In this document: positions 54,235 to 63,466 of the stretch, one piece after another
Position numbering within the stretch: the first letter of the stretch is position 1
Layout of the letters: each line of letters begins with the position of its first letter
Source: Chloroflexota bacterium
GTDB taxonomy: Bacteria > Chloroflexota > Chloroflexia > Thermomicrobiales > UBA6265
NCBI GenBank assembly: GCA_023423795.1
Contig: JAFAEX010000309.1
Span: forward strand, 3,177-67,176
Direction of reading: 5' to 3'
DNA length: 64,000 bases
Notes under the pieces: generated by a model
Told to the model about the DNA's origin: nothing
The model's input: only the letters and a program-made list of their open reading frames with translations
Database searches by the model: none
Position numbers and translations under genes: made by a program

Positions 54235-56436
54235 CTACCCCACCCATTTCCGCTTGTTGGCCACGTAATCGACCAGGATGTACTCCCCCAGCCGGTCCGG
54301 AGTGGCGACGAACACCCGCCCATTGTTGATTCGCATCAGGTCGTTGATGAACTGCACCATGTACGGGGACCGCTCCAGCATGAACGTGTTGATCGTGATC
54401 CCGTCCCGCGTGCAGCGCACCACTTCCTTCAGCGTTTCCTGGAACGTGCGCGGCGTGGGAGGGTAGCTGAAACGGACGTGCCCGTTGTCGAAGTGGGCCG
54501 TCGGCTCGCCGTCGGTGATGACGATGATCTGCCGGTTGCTCCCCTTCTGCCGCCCGAGGATCTGTCGAGCCAACTGGAACCCGTGCTGCATGTTCGTTCC
54601 GTAGTTGTATTCGTTCCAGTCGAGCGTCGGCAGGTCGGCCGGTTTGATCTCCTGCGCGAGGTACGAGAACCCGATGATGGAAAGGTGGTCCCGCGGGTAC
54701 TTGCCGCGGATCAGCGAATCCAGCGCCAGCGCGACCTTCTTGGCCGCGTTGAAGCAACCGTTGTAGAGCATCGAGCGGGACATATCGACCATCAGCACCG
54801 TGCTGACCCGCGTCGCGTACTCCGTCCGGTACACCTCGAAATCGCGAGGCTGCAACCGCACCCCGCGCGATCCCGTATGCTCCCCTCGCTGGACTGCGTT
54901 CATGATCGTCTTCGGAATGTCGAGCAGGAACGGGTCGCCCCACTCGTAGGGCTTGGTCAGGTCGGTCCGGTCGCCCGCGCCGCCCTCCCGCCGCAGGTCG
55001 TGCTGGCCGATCCGGTCCCGCTTGAGGTCGGCGAAGATGTCGGTCAGCGCCTTCTCGCCGATCTTGCGCACGCCCTGCGGGGTCAATTCGTAGCCGCGCC
55101 GCCCCTTGGCGATGTAGCCGGCATCCTCCAGCATCCGGGCGAACTCCCGGAGCTGGGCCATCTGCTCGTGCTCTTCCTCGCCGAGCAGGTCGCGCACCCG
55201 GTCGTCGTCGAGGTCCGCCAGATCGTTCCAGTCGCGCACCTCGCGCAAATCCTGCTCCAGCTCGTCCAGGTGCTGCAGCCGCTCCATCATCCGCATCGCT
55301 TCGGCGAGCGTCAGCGACTCCTCGCCGGAGAACTGGTAGCGGGACCGCCAGTCGCCGGGCGGCATCATCTGGGCCAGGTTCTGCCCGAGGCGCTCCATCT
55401 CCTGCCGCACGCCCTCGTCTTGCAGGACTGACTGCATCATTCCCTGCAACTGCTGGCGCTGCTCGGCCGACATGGATTGCATGAGCTGCTGCATCGCGCC
55501 CATGCGCTGTTGCAGGTGCTCCATGAGTTCGTCGATGTTCTTCAACCCCGGCGCGAAGTTGTGGCCCCAGCGGTGCATGAACTCGTCGAAGTTGGGGTCC
55601 TCGCCCCGCTGCTGGCGCTCCAGCATCTCGTTGAGTTCCTGCATCATTTGGCGCGCGTCCCCGACGTCCTCCGGGGTCATCTCCGACAGCGCCTGCTCCA
55701 TCCCCTCGAACGCCTGCTGCAGAACCTGCTGCTGCAGCATCGCCAGCAACTCGTTGAACTGCTGCCGCGCCTCCGGGGTCATGAAGTCGTAGTCGGTCAG
55801 TTCCTTGATCTGCCCCGCCGGGTCGTTCGGCAGCGCGTCGAGCTGCCCGAGCTTTTTCTCAGCCATCTGCTCGAGCATTTTCATCAGCGCCGGGTCGGGG
55901 CGGCCGTCTTCGGCGCCCTCCCCTTCGCCGTGCTGGCCGTCCTGTCCGCCCGCTTCCTGCGGCGCACCGGATGGCTCGCCCTGCTGCCCGGCCTGGGTTT
56001 GGCCCGGTTCGGCGGATTGCCCGCGCTCGGCGGCCGTCTTACCGCCCGGAGCTGGCCGGTCGGCGTAGTCGATGTCCTCGTCGCCGGCCTCGCCGCGCGC
56101 CTCGTCGAGCCGCTTGCGGATGCCGTCGCGTTCGGTTTCGACGACCTGGTTCAGCTTCTCCCGGATATCGTCGAGCATCGAACCGAGGTCGTAGCGGGAA
56201 AGCTGCTCCTGCCGGCGCTCCCGCAGGCGCTCCATCATTTCGCGCAGACCGGGCACGTGCTCCCCGTCCTGCCGTTCGAAGCCCCAGCGGAACAGCCGCT
56301 GGAGCGCGCGGTTGAGGTCGCCGTCCTGCATCAGGTCGTCGCCCATCGCCCGCATCAGGTCATCTGCCGTGACCGGGTTGATCTGCTGGGTCCCGTCCCA
56401 GCGGGAGTAGCGGGAGCCGAGGCGGTGGATAGGCAT
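54235..56436 (-). CDS. large VWA-domain protein with acidic/Gln-rich coiled-coil N-terminal region
   Basis: C-terminal MIDAS VLMVDMSRSM...IIVITDGEPT. The roughly 480-aa N-terminal region is rich in E/Q/M heptad-like sequence. Confidence 0.85.
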   Translation of the reverse strand: MPIHRLGSRYSRWDGTQQINPVTADDLMRAMGDDLMQDGDLNRALQRLFRWGFERQDGEHVPGLREMMERLRERRQEQLSRYDLGSMLDDIREKLNQVVETERDGIRKRLDEARGEAGDEDIDYADRPAPGGKTAAERGQSAEPGQTQAGQQGEPSGAPQEAGGQDGQHGEGEGAEDGRPDPALMKMLEQMAEKKLGQLDALPNDPAGQIKELTDYDFMTPEARQQFNELLAMLQQQVLQQAFEGMEQALSEMTPEDVGDARQMMQELNEMLERQQRGEDPNFDEFMHRWGHNFAPGLKNIDELMEHLQQRMGAMQQLMQSMSAEQRQQLQGMMQSVLQDEGVRQEMERLGQNLAQMMPPGDWRSRYQFSGEESLTLAEAMRMMERLQHLDELEQDLREVRDWNDLADLDDDRVRDLLGEEEHEQMAQLREFARMLEDAGYIAKGRRGYELTPQGVRKIGEKALTDIFADLKRDRIGQHDLRREGGAGDRTDLTKPYEWGDPFLLDIPKTIMNAVQRGEHTGSRGVRLQPRDFEVYRTEYATRVSTVLMVDMSRSMLYNGCFNAAKKVALALDSLIRGKYPRDHLSIIGFSYLAQEIKPADLPTLDWNEYNYGTNMQHGFQLARQILGRQKGSNRQIIVITDGEPTAHFDNGHVRFSYPPTPRTFQETLKEVVRCTRDGITINTFMLERSPYMVQFINDLMRINNGRVFVATPDRLGEYILVDYVANKRKWVG

Positions 56437-56478
56437 CGAAAAGGGCTCCGTTCCCGCGCCGGCGGGGTCCGCCCGGCG

Positions 56479-57903
56479 TCAGCGGCTGTACCGGGCCGGG
56501 CCGCGCCCGACGTCCTTGTTCAGTCGTCGGTTGAGGTGCAAACCCTCGAGGACGAACTCCACCGCCGAGGCGACCGCGGCCGGGTTGCCGCCGACGCCCA
56601 GCTTCGAGACGGCCTCGGCCACCCCGTCGAGGTGGCTGATCTGGTGCACGTAGTCGAGCGACGGCATCATGTCCGACGATTCGACCACCAGCCCGTTGTC
56701 GAAGGCGAGCACGAGGCGGTCGAACTCCCGCACCGAGAAGTGGCGGTTGAAGACCGAGACAACGGCGGACTGCACCAGCTTGTCCACCACCTGGTCCTCG
56801 CGGACTTCACCGAGCCCTTCCAGCTCGATCTTGCCGGTGGTCGAGGCCAGCAGCCCGGCGAGGTCGGAGATGCGCGGCGCGGCCTGCCGCTCGCCCAGCC
56901 GGATCGCGCGGCGCGTGGCATTCGAGATGAGGTTCTCGTAGTTGGCCACACTCATGCGGACCGAGACGCCGGAGCGCTGCGACACGTCGTGCGAGCGCCG
57001 CGCGGCGTGCGTGACCTCGGCCACGATCTCCTTCATGAACCGCGGTGCCGTCACCTCCACCCCGTCGGTGTCGAAGACGGCCCGCTCCTGGTCCATGATG
57101 CCGATTTCGAGTTCGACCGTTTCCGGGTAATGCGTGCGGATCTGCGAGCCGTAGCGGTCCTTGAGCGGGGTGATGATCCGGCCCCGGTTCGTGTAATCCT
57201 CGGGGTTGGCCGAGGCGACGACGAAGACGTCGAGCGGCAGGCGGATCTTGTAGCCGCGGATCTGCACGTCCCGCTCTTCCATGATGTTGAGCAGGCCGAC
57301 CTGGATGCGCTCGGCGAGGTCCGGCAACTCGTTCATCGTGAAGATCCCGCGGTTCGTCCGCGGGATCAGGCCGTAGGAGATCGTCAGTTCGTCGGTCAGG
57401 TAGCGGCCCTCGGCCACGCGGATCGGATCGACCTCGCCGATCAGGTCGGCGATCGTCGTGTCCGGCGTCGCCAGCTTCTCGCCGTAGCGCCGGTCCCGCC
57501 CGATCCACTCGACCGGCGTCTCGTCGCCCTGGGTCTCGATCAGGTCGCGGGCGTACCGGGAGATCGGCTCCAGTGGGTCGTCGTTGATTTCCGATCCGGC
57601 CACGACCGGGATCGCGTCGTCGAGCAGGTTGACCAGGCTGCGGGCGATGCGCGTCTTGGCTTGCCCGCGCTCGCCGAGCAGGATGATGTCCTGCCCGGAC
57701 AGGATCGCGTTTTCGATCTGCGGGATGACCGTCTGGTCGTATCCGACGACGCCGGGGAACAACTCCTCGCCCCGGCGGATCTTGGCGATCAGGTTGGCGC
57801 GCATCTCATCCCGGATCGTGCGCGGCCGGTAGCCGGAAGCGCGCAATTCGCCGAGGGTCTGGGGACGCGCCGCCGGCGCGGACGATGGATCGACGGATGC
57901 CAT
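56479..57903 (-). CDS. ChlI/BchI-like (Mg-chelatase-type, MoxR-related) AAA+ ATPase
   Basis: Walker A-like LLGERGQAKT, Walker B IFTMNELPDL, and VVASANPEDYTNRGRIITPLKDR. Confidence 0.8.
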   Translation of the reverse strand: MASVDPSSAPAARPQTLGELRASGYRPRTIRDEMRANLIAKIRRGEELFPGVVGYDQTVIPQIENAILSGQDIILLGERGQAKTRIARSLVNLLDDAIPVVAGSEINDDPLEPISRYARDLIETQGDETPVEWIGRDRRYGEKLATPDTTIADLIGEVDPIRVAEGRYLTDELTISYGLIPRTNRGIFTMNELPDLAERIQVGLLNIMEERDVQIRGYKIRLPLDVFVVASANPEDYTNRGRIITPLKDRYGSQIRTHYPETVELEIGIMDQERAVFDTDGVEVTAPRFMKEIVAEVTHAARRSHDVSQRSGVSVRMSVANYENLISNATRRAIRLGERQAAPRISDLAGLLASTTGKIELEGLGEVREDQVVDKLVQSAVVSVFNRHFSVREFDRLVLAFDNGLVVESSDMMPSLDYVHQISHLDGVAEAVSKLGVGGNPAAVASAVEFVLEGLHLNRRLNKDVGRGPARYSR

Positions 57904-58041
57904 GCTTACCTCGGGGTGGGCGCGCGGACGGGACGGGAACGGAGCGCCAGCCGAGGGCGGGTCGCCGGCGGCCGGCCGCGCATGGTGGGGAAAGCCGCGG
58001 AGGGCGGCGCGTTCATGATGGTACTTGCGCCCCGGGTCGTG

Positions 58042-58908
58042 TCAAGGCAATTGCGCCCGCCCGTTCGGCGGGGTTGACCGGCTGCGCGCCAGCATCCGGC
58101 CCGGCCGTTCGGCGCCGCGACCGTCGTCCTCGCCAATGATCTCCAGCCGACGCATGGCGCCCGCGACGGTTCGAACGTCGGGCGTGTCCCGGCCGGAGCC
58201 CCACCCCGCGCGACGTGCCCGGCGTAATCCCGATTCGATTTCCCCGAGACCGGCATCTCCGGTGCATACGGGAACGGCGCGGAGCCCGTCGGTTCCAGTG
58301 GGCGAAAGCGCCCAAATCCCGCTCACGCGGCGCTCTCCGCCTGACGTGTCGATACCGGCCACGAGGTGAAACGCCGTCGCCGCGTCGGCCGGAAGCAGCG
58401 GTGCGGATTCCGCGAGCATCCGGCAGAACCCGTCCCCGTCGCTCGCGTGGGCGGTCGCGTAGGCGGCAAATCCGCGCCGGGCCGCGTCCAGCAGCCGGCC
58501 CACGCCCGCTCCCCAAAGGTACCCCGGCAAGTGCGGACTGATCTCGTTGACCAGCACGGCGTCCCGCGCCGGGTTCACGCCGGGATCGTTGAGGAACGCG
58601 AACGATTCCCACTGCCCGCGCGGGTAGATTCGGTGGGCATCCGCCGGTAGGTGGGCCAGCACCGCCGTCAGCAACGTCGTCTTGCCGGCCCCGCTCGGCC
58701 CCGCCACGACCGCCAGCGAAAGCCGCCGCGCCACCGCAGCCGCGAGCAACCCGGCGACCGGCGCAGAGAGCATCCCCCGCTCCACCAGCCACGAGAGGCT
58801 CCGCCGCGGCCCGGTCGCGCCCGACGGACCCCACCACAAAAACGGCGATTCGGGCACGACCGTCGGGATCATCCTCGGTTTCGACCTCCGCCTACCGAAC
58901 GTTGGCAC
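58042..58908 (-). CDS. minimal P-loop ATPase resembling the core of T2SS/T4P/T4SS (VirB11/CpaF-type) ATPases
   Basis: Walker A VVAGPSGAGKTTLL, Walker B-like AVLVNEIS, and His-box-like AAYATAHASD. No N-terminal domain. The start may be the Met at 58872. Confidence 0.55.
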   Translation of the reverse strand: MPTFGRRRSKPRMIPTVVPESPFLWWGPSGATGPRRSLSWLVERGMLSAPVAGLLAAAVARRLSLAVVAGPSGAGKTTLLTAVLAHLPADAHRIYPRGQWESFAFLNDPGVNPARDAVLVNEISPHLPGYLWGAGVGRLLDAARRGFAAYATAHASDGDGFCRMLAESAPLLPADAATAFHLVAGIDTSGGERRVSGIWALSPTGTDGLRAVPVCTGDAGLGEIESGLRRARRAGWGSGRDTPDVRTVAGAMRRLEIIGEDDGRGAERPGRMLARSRSTPPNGRAQLP

Positions 58909-59176
58909 GGATATTGCGTTGTCCAGACAGTCTCACAATCCGTGCAGCGAGCCGGTAGGGACCTGCTGGCACGCATCATGCATAGGCTTGGGGCACGAGG
59001 GAAGGGCTCGTGATGGCCCCCTCAAGACACCTTGACAACTGCTCGGGTCTGTCCCCTTCGTGCGTTTCACGGCGCACGCACGCCACGCGACCGCCGAGGC
59101 TCCGTTCGGCGCATGGCTACCCTCAGGAGCCGCTGACTTCCCCTTTCTTCCCCTTCCAGACCCTGAGCAGGACGAC

Positions 59177-59205
59177 GGAGCGGGCGGCCAACGGCCGCCC
59201 GCTCC
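59177..59205 (-). terminator. hairpin downstream of the PRTase-fusion gene
   Basis: 13-bp stem GGAGCGGGCGGCC / GGCCGCCCGCTCC with a 3-nt loop. Confidence 0.5.
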
Positions 59206-59235
59206 GCGCGTCACCCGGGTCTTTCGATCCGTTCC

Positions 59236-60252
59236 CTACCCCACCGGCTCGACCGTCCCGATCGCCGGCAACCGGCGCAGCGGCCGGTGCAGCGACAGCC
59301 CGCACCCGGCCAGCGGCACATCCGGCGCCTCGAACCCGACCCAGGCCAGCCCCGGATCAAGCAGCCGCGCCGCCTGCCGGTCGAGGAACGCACAGGACCG
59401 CACCTCGGCGGCGTGCTTGCGCGCCACCCGTTCGGCGGCCCAGGTCAGGCTGAGCCCCGTGCTCACCACGTCGCCCACCAGCAGCACCCGCCGTCCGTCC
59501 ATCGAAACCTCCGGGCGCCGCACCGCGCGCACCGCCTGCTGCGCGCTGTCCCGCCGGAACCGCGAGGGGTCCAGCCGGTCGGTGTCGCAGGGCACGCCCG
59601 CGGCGGCGAGCGCGGCGGCCAACCGCTGCTGGAACCGGGCGGCTCCGGAGCCGACGGCAAGCAGCACCGGCGGCTGGCCGCCGGTCGCCCGCCCGAGCCA
59701 CTCGTCGGCCACCTGCTGCGCCAGGTCGCGAATCCGCGCCTCGATCTCGGCCTCGCCCCAGAGCACGTCGCGCAGCCGCTGGGCGGCGACCGGGGGACCG
59801 TAGGCGTCTTCCAGCCGCAGGATGTCGCGCCGGTACAGCAGGCGGATACGGGTGCCGGGGTACAACTCCCGCAGGTGGCGCAACTTGCGGTTCTTCCGCG
59901 TGACGAGCGATTGCCGCATCGTCGTCAGCTCGAAATAGAGCCGATGGTCGGGCAGGAAGAAATCCGGCGTGAAGCACTCGGTGGCGCGGCCATCTTCGCC
60001 CCAGCGCAGGGCGAAAGTGGTCGGTTCGTACACCCACTTGATGCGGTAGTACGCGAGCAGCCGGGCGAATTCGCGCTCGGCAGGGTGGGCGAACTGGACC
60101 CCGTCGGGGTGCAGCACGCGGCGAAGGTAGGGCAGCGGCGGCTGCGTGGCCGGGTCAGGATGGGAGCGGCATGGACACGCGACAGCAGCGGCCGAGCCCC
60201 GGTGGCGCATCCCGTGTTCATCGCCGGGAAGCAGCAGGGTCGAGCCGGGCAT
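59236..60252 (-). CDS. fusion protein: PD-(D/E)xK-like N-terminal domain + HPRT-like phosphoribosyltransferase domain
   Basis: N-terminal half: AEREFARLLAYYRIKWVYEPTTFAL...FTPDFFLPDHRLYFELT. C-terminal half: PVLLAVGSGAARF...GRRVLLVGDVVSTGLSLTWAAE (PRPP-binding loop). Confidence 0.7.
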   Translation of the reverse strand: MPGSTLLLPGDEHGMRHRGSAAAVACPCRSHPDPATQPPLPYLRRVLHPDGVQFAHPAEREFARLLAYYRIKWVYEPTTFALRWGEDGRATECFTPDFFLPDHRLYFELTTMRQSLVTRKNRKLRHLRELYPGTRIRLLYRRDILRLEDAYGPPVAAQRLRDVLWGEAEIEARIRDLAQQVADEWLGRATGGQPPVLLAVGSGAARFQQRLAAALAAAGVPCDTDRLDPSRFRRDSAQQAVRAVRRPEVSMDGRRVLLVGDVVSTGLSLTWAAERVARKHAAEVRSCAFLDRQAARLLDPGLAWVGFEAPDVPLAGCGLSLHRPLRRLPAIGTVEPVG

Positions 60253-60384
60253 GCGTTCACCCTGCCCACGGCCACGGCCGGCGTCGGTGCGCCGTTCATG
60301 CCGCGTGGGCCTGCGAAAATCGTGTTCGCGGGGGTGTTCGCAGTGTGCGCGCCGGGCGGCGGCGGGACAACCGGAACCGGTGCA

Positions 60385-60431
60385 CCATCGGTCATGACCA
60401 CCCCGGCGGCGCGGCGGGTCATGACCGATGG
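60385..60431 (-). terminator. 15-bp perfect inverted repeat just downstream of the cupin gene
   Basis: CCATCGGTCATGACC ... GGTCATGACCGATGG with a 17-nt spacer. No U tract. Confidence 0.4.
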
Positions 60432-60438
60432 CGGGGAA

Positions 60439-60843
60439 TCAGCGGCCGAAGGGCGAAACGAATCCCGCCGCCGTCGCCGCGACGAGGTCGTCCTTCAGTT
60501 CCATCTCGCCCGGGGTGAGGATCGAGAGGTGGGTGAAATCCTCGCCGGGTTCAGCGCCGTGCCAGTGGCGCTTGCCCGCCGGGATGAACACCAGGTCGCC
60601 GACGCCGACCCGCACTTCGTCCTCGTCGGTGGAGACGATGCCGCGCCCGGCGGTGACCACCAGCACCTGGTCGGTCGTGTGGCTGTGCCAGCAGTTGCGG
60701 GCGCCGTCCTCGAACGTGACGGCGGTGACGCGCAGGTGGTCCGATTCATCTTCCGCGACCAGGTTCTGGGTCGCGACGTCGCCGAGAAAAATGGGTGACA
60801 GGCTGAGGTCGGCGGCGGCGCGGTCGATCTTGACGAGTTTCAT
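60439..60843 (-). CDS. cupin domain protein
   Basis: CWHSHTTDQVLVVTAGRG...GDLVFIPAGKRHWHG are the two cupin motifs. GAGGTGG RBS. Confidence 0.8.
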   Translation of the reverse strand: MKLVKIDRAAADLSLSPIFLGDVATQNLVAEDESDHLRVTAVTFEDGARNCWHSHTTDQVLVVTAGRGIVSTDEDEVRVGVGDLVFIPAGKRHWHGAEPGEDFTHLSILTPGEMELKDDLVAATAAGFVSPFGR

Positions 60844-60956
60844 GGCGATGATCCACCTCGGAGATGGGGCGCCCGGCGAACCGGGGCCGGAGTGTCGATC
60901 GCTGCGGAAAAGCCGCGGCCGGGGCTGCTGGCGCAGCGCGGAAAGCGCGGCCTGAA

Positions 60957-61226
60957 ATGGCGATGGTGAAGCATACTCGTCAGCGCACGCCGCGCAAATC
61001 GCGTCATTTCCGCGCGGCCGAGGAGTCCGGGGTGCCTGCCTTCACCATTCCCTCGCTCGATTCACCGTTCGACCGCTTCCTCACCCCGGAGGAGGACGCG
61101 ATCGGCGACCCGGACGACGAGGACGACGAGATCGACGACACGCTGCCGGCGGACCTCTGGTTCCGGGCAGCGCGGCGGTCGCGGCGGGCCGTCGCGCGGT
61201 TCGCCGTATACTCACCCGTTAGTTGA
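60957..61226 (+). CDS. hypothetical acidic small protein
   Basis: 89-aa ORF with GC-rich third positions (MAMVKHTRQRTPRKSR...DPDDEDDEIDD...). No recognisable domain. Confidence 0.3.
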   Translation: MAMVKHTRQRTPRKSRHFRAAEESGVPAFTIPSLDSPFDRFLTPEEDAIGDPDDEDDEIDDTLPADLWFRAARRSRRAVARFAVYSPVS

Positions 61227-61275
61227 ACGACCGGCAGGCGGGCCTCGAGTCCGCCGACAGGAGGGCGAATCGCCG

Positions 61276-62694
61276 ATGGCGGAAGCGGCAAACGATCACC
61301 AGTACGACCTCGTGCTGCTGGGCGGCGGCACCGGCGGCTACGTGGCCGCCATCCGGGCCACGCAACTCGGGTTGAAGGTGGCGGTCGTCGAGGAACTGAA
61401 GCTGGGCGGCACCTGCCTCCACCGCGGCTGCATCCCGACCAAGGCGTTCCTCAAATCGGCCGATGTCTTCGACCAGGTGAAGAGGGCGGCCGAGTTCGGC
61501 GTCAACGTCGCCGGCGACGTTTCCTTCGACTACCAGACCGCGCTCGGACGGTCGCTCAAGGTCGTGGATGGCCAGTACAAGGGTCTCCTCTACCTTTTCG
61601 ACAAGAAGCACCGCATCCCCGTCTACATGGGGCGCGGCGCGATGACCGCCGCCAACAAGGTCCGGGTGACGCCGAACGACGGCAGCCCGGCCTTCGAGCT
61701 GGAAGCGAAGAACGTCATCATCAACACCGGCTCCCGGCCCCGGCCGATCAAGGGCGTCCCCTACGACGGCGTCCGGGTCATCAACTCCGACCACGCCGTC
61801 GTGCTGGAGAACCTGCCCAAGAGCTTCATCGTGCGCGGCGGCGGCGCCACCGGCGTCGAGTGGGCCTCGGTCTACCACCGCTACGGCTCGAAGGTCACCC
61901 TCGTCGGCAATGTCGTGCCGCAGGAAGACCACGAGGTTTCGGAAGCGCTGCTCAAGAGCTTCCAGCGGCAGAAGATGGACGTCGTGCCCGGCGCGCGGCC
62001 GACCGCCGACGACATCGACGTAACCGACAAGGGCGTCACCATGCGCCTGACCGACCAGCGCGGCAAGGAGCGCGTGGTCGAGGCCGAGGTGCTGCTGGTC
62101 GCCGTCGGGCGGCAGGGCAACATCGAGGACATCGGGCTGGAAACGGTGGGCATCCGCACCGAGGGCGACTACATCCCGGTCGATCCGATGATGCGGACCA
62201 ACGTCGAGGGCGTCTACGCCATCGGCGACATCAACGGGCAGCAGTTGCTCGCCCACACCGCGATGCACCACGGCATCATCGCCGTCGAGCACATCTGCGG
62301 GCTCAACCCCTACCCGCTCGACATCCTCAATTCGCCCTCCTGCACCTACTGCGAGCCGGAGATCGGCAGCGTCGGCCTGACCGAGAACGAGGCGAAGAAG
62401 CTCGGGCACAACGTCAAGGTCGGCAAGTTCCCGATGCGCCCGAACGCCAAGGCGGTCATCGAGGGCCACCCGGACGGCTTCACCAAGATGGTTGCCGACG
62501 CCGACACCGACGACTTGCTCGGCGTCCACATCATCGGCCCGCACGCGACCGAACTGATCGCCGAGGCGGCGCTCGGCCGGTTGATGCAGACCACGCCGCA
62601 GGAAATCGCGATCTCGGTGCATCCGCACCCGACCGTCTCCGAGGTCATCGGCGAGGCCGCGCACGACCTGCTCGGCCACGCGATCCACATCTAG
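61276..62694 (+). CDS. lpdA: dihydrolipoyl dehydrogenase
   Basis: FAD motif LLGGGTGGYVAA, redox-active disulfide GGTCLHRGCIPTK, and C-terminal HPHPTVSE. Confidence 0.9.
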   Translation: MAEAANDHQYDLVLLGGGTGGYVAAIRATQLGLKVAVVEELKLGGTCLHRGCIPTKAFLKSADVFDQVKRAAEFGVNVAGDVSFDYQTALGRSLKVVDGQYKGLLYLFDKKHRIPVYMGRGAMTAANKVRVTPNDGSPAFELEAKNVIINTGSRPRPIKGVPYDGVRVINSDHAVVLENLPKSFIVRGGGATGVEWASVYHRYGSKVTLVGNVVPQEDHEVSEALLKSFQRQKMDVVPGARPTADDIDVTDKGVTMRLTDQRGKERVVEAEVLLVAVGRQGNIEDIGLETVGIRTEGDYIPVDPMMRTNVEGVYAIGDINGQQLLAHTAMHHGIIAVEHICGLNPYPLDILNSPSCTYCEPEIGSVGLTENEAKKLGHNVKVGKFPMRPNAKAVIEGHPDGFTKMVADADTDDLLGVHIIGPHATELIAEAALGRLMQTTPQEIAISVHPHPTVSEVIGEAAHDLLGHAIHI

Positions 62695-62726
62695 CGGATC
62701 ACGACCGGCCCGACGCCCCAGCAGAT

Positions 62727-62807
62727 GTCATCCCGAGCCTGTCGAGGGATGTCGTCGGTACTCCATCGCGGGAGAACGACGAGACCCCACGACAGGCTCG
62801 GGATGAC
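62727..62807. repeat. REP-like hairpin repeat (same family as 28771-28850) between convergent lpdA and NUDIX genes
   Basis: GTCATCCCGAGCCTGTCGAGGGATGTCGTCG ... CGACGAGACCCCACGACAGGCTCGGGATGAC. The outer 18 bp are perfect and the inner part is imperfect. Confidence 0.8.
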
Positions 62808-62886
62808 GGATGGGCCGAGTTCGGCAGCGCCATCGAGAGGGGCCGCGAGACCGTCGCGGCCCCTCTCCGTACCCGACACCAGGCGG

Positions 62887-63402
62887 CTACCGCCCTTCGC
62901 GTTCGCTCCCGGCCTGCGCGGCGAGCCAGGCCGCGATCATCCGCTCGTCGTGCGGAAAGGCCAGGTCCGGCAGCGCGTCTGCCGCGAACCAGCCGACCTC
63001 CACCAGGTCGTCGCCAGCGACCGGCGTCCCGCTGAACGCGCGCACGGGGAACACGGCGAGAACCACCGTCTCGCCCGGGGCTGAGATGAGCGCCAGCAGC
63101 GGCGCCAGCTCGACGTCGAGCCCGACTTCTTCTTTCGCCTCGCGGATCGCGGCGTCCTCGACTACCTCGCCACGCTCGACGAACCCCGCCGGAAAGCTCC
63201 AGCGGCCCGGCGAACGCACGCCCGGCCCGCGCCGCCCGAGCAGCACCCGTCCGTCGTCCACGATGAGGACCGCGACCGCCAGCTTCGGGTCGAGGTAGCT
63301 GACCGTCCCGCAGCGCAGGCAGACCGGGCGTTCGCGCGCCTCCACCTTGCGGCGTTCGGTCGGGCCGCCGCACTGCTGGCAATACACGGCCTCCATCGGC
63401 AT
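62887..63402 (-). CDS. NUDIX hydrolase with N-terminal zinc ribbon
   Basis: CQQCGG...CLRCG ribbon. Nudix box GRWSFPAGFVERGEVVEDAAIREAKEEVG. Confidence 0.85.
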   Translation of the reverse strand: MPMEAVYCQQCGGPTERRKVEARERPVCLRCGTVSYLDPKLAVAVLIVDDGRVLLGRRGPGVRSPGRWSFPAGFVERGEVVEDAAIREAKEEVGLDVELAPLLALISAPGETVVLAVFPVRAFSGTPVAGDDLVEVGWFAADALPDLAFPHDERMIAAWLAAQAGSEREGR

Positions 63403-63466
63403 CCTTTCCGGACGCGAACGCCGCCGGGGATTCCGGCGGCGCTCGCGTGGCTCACGTTTCGATTTC

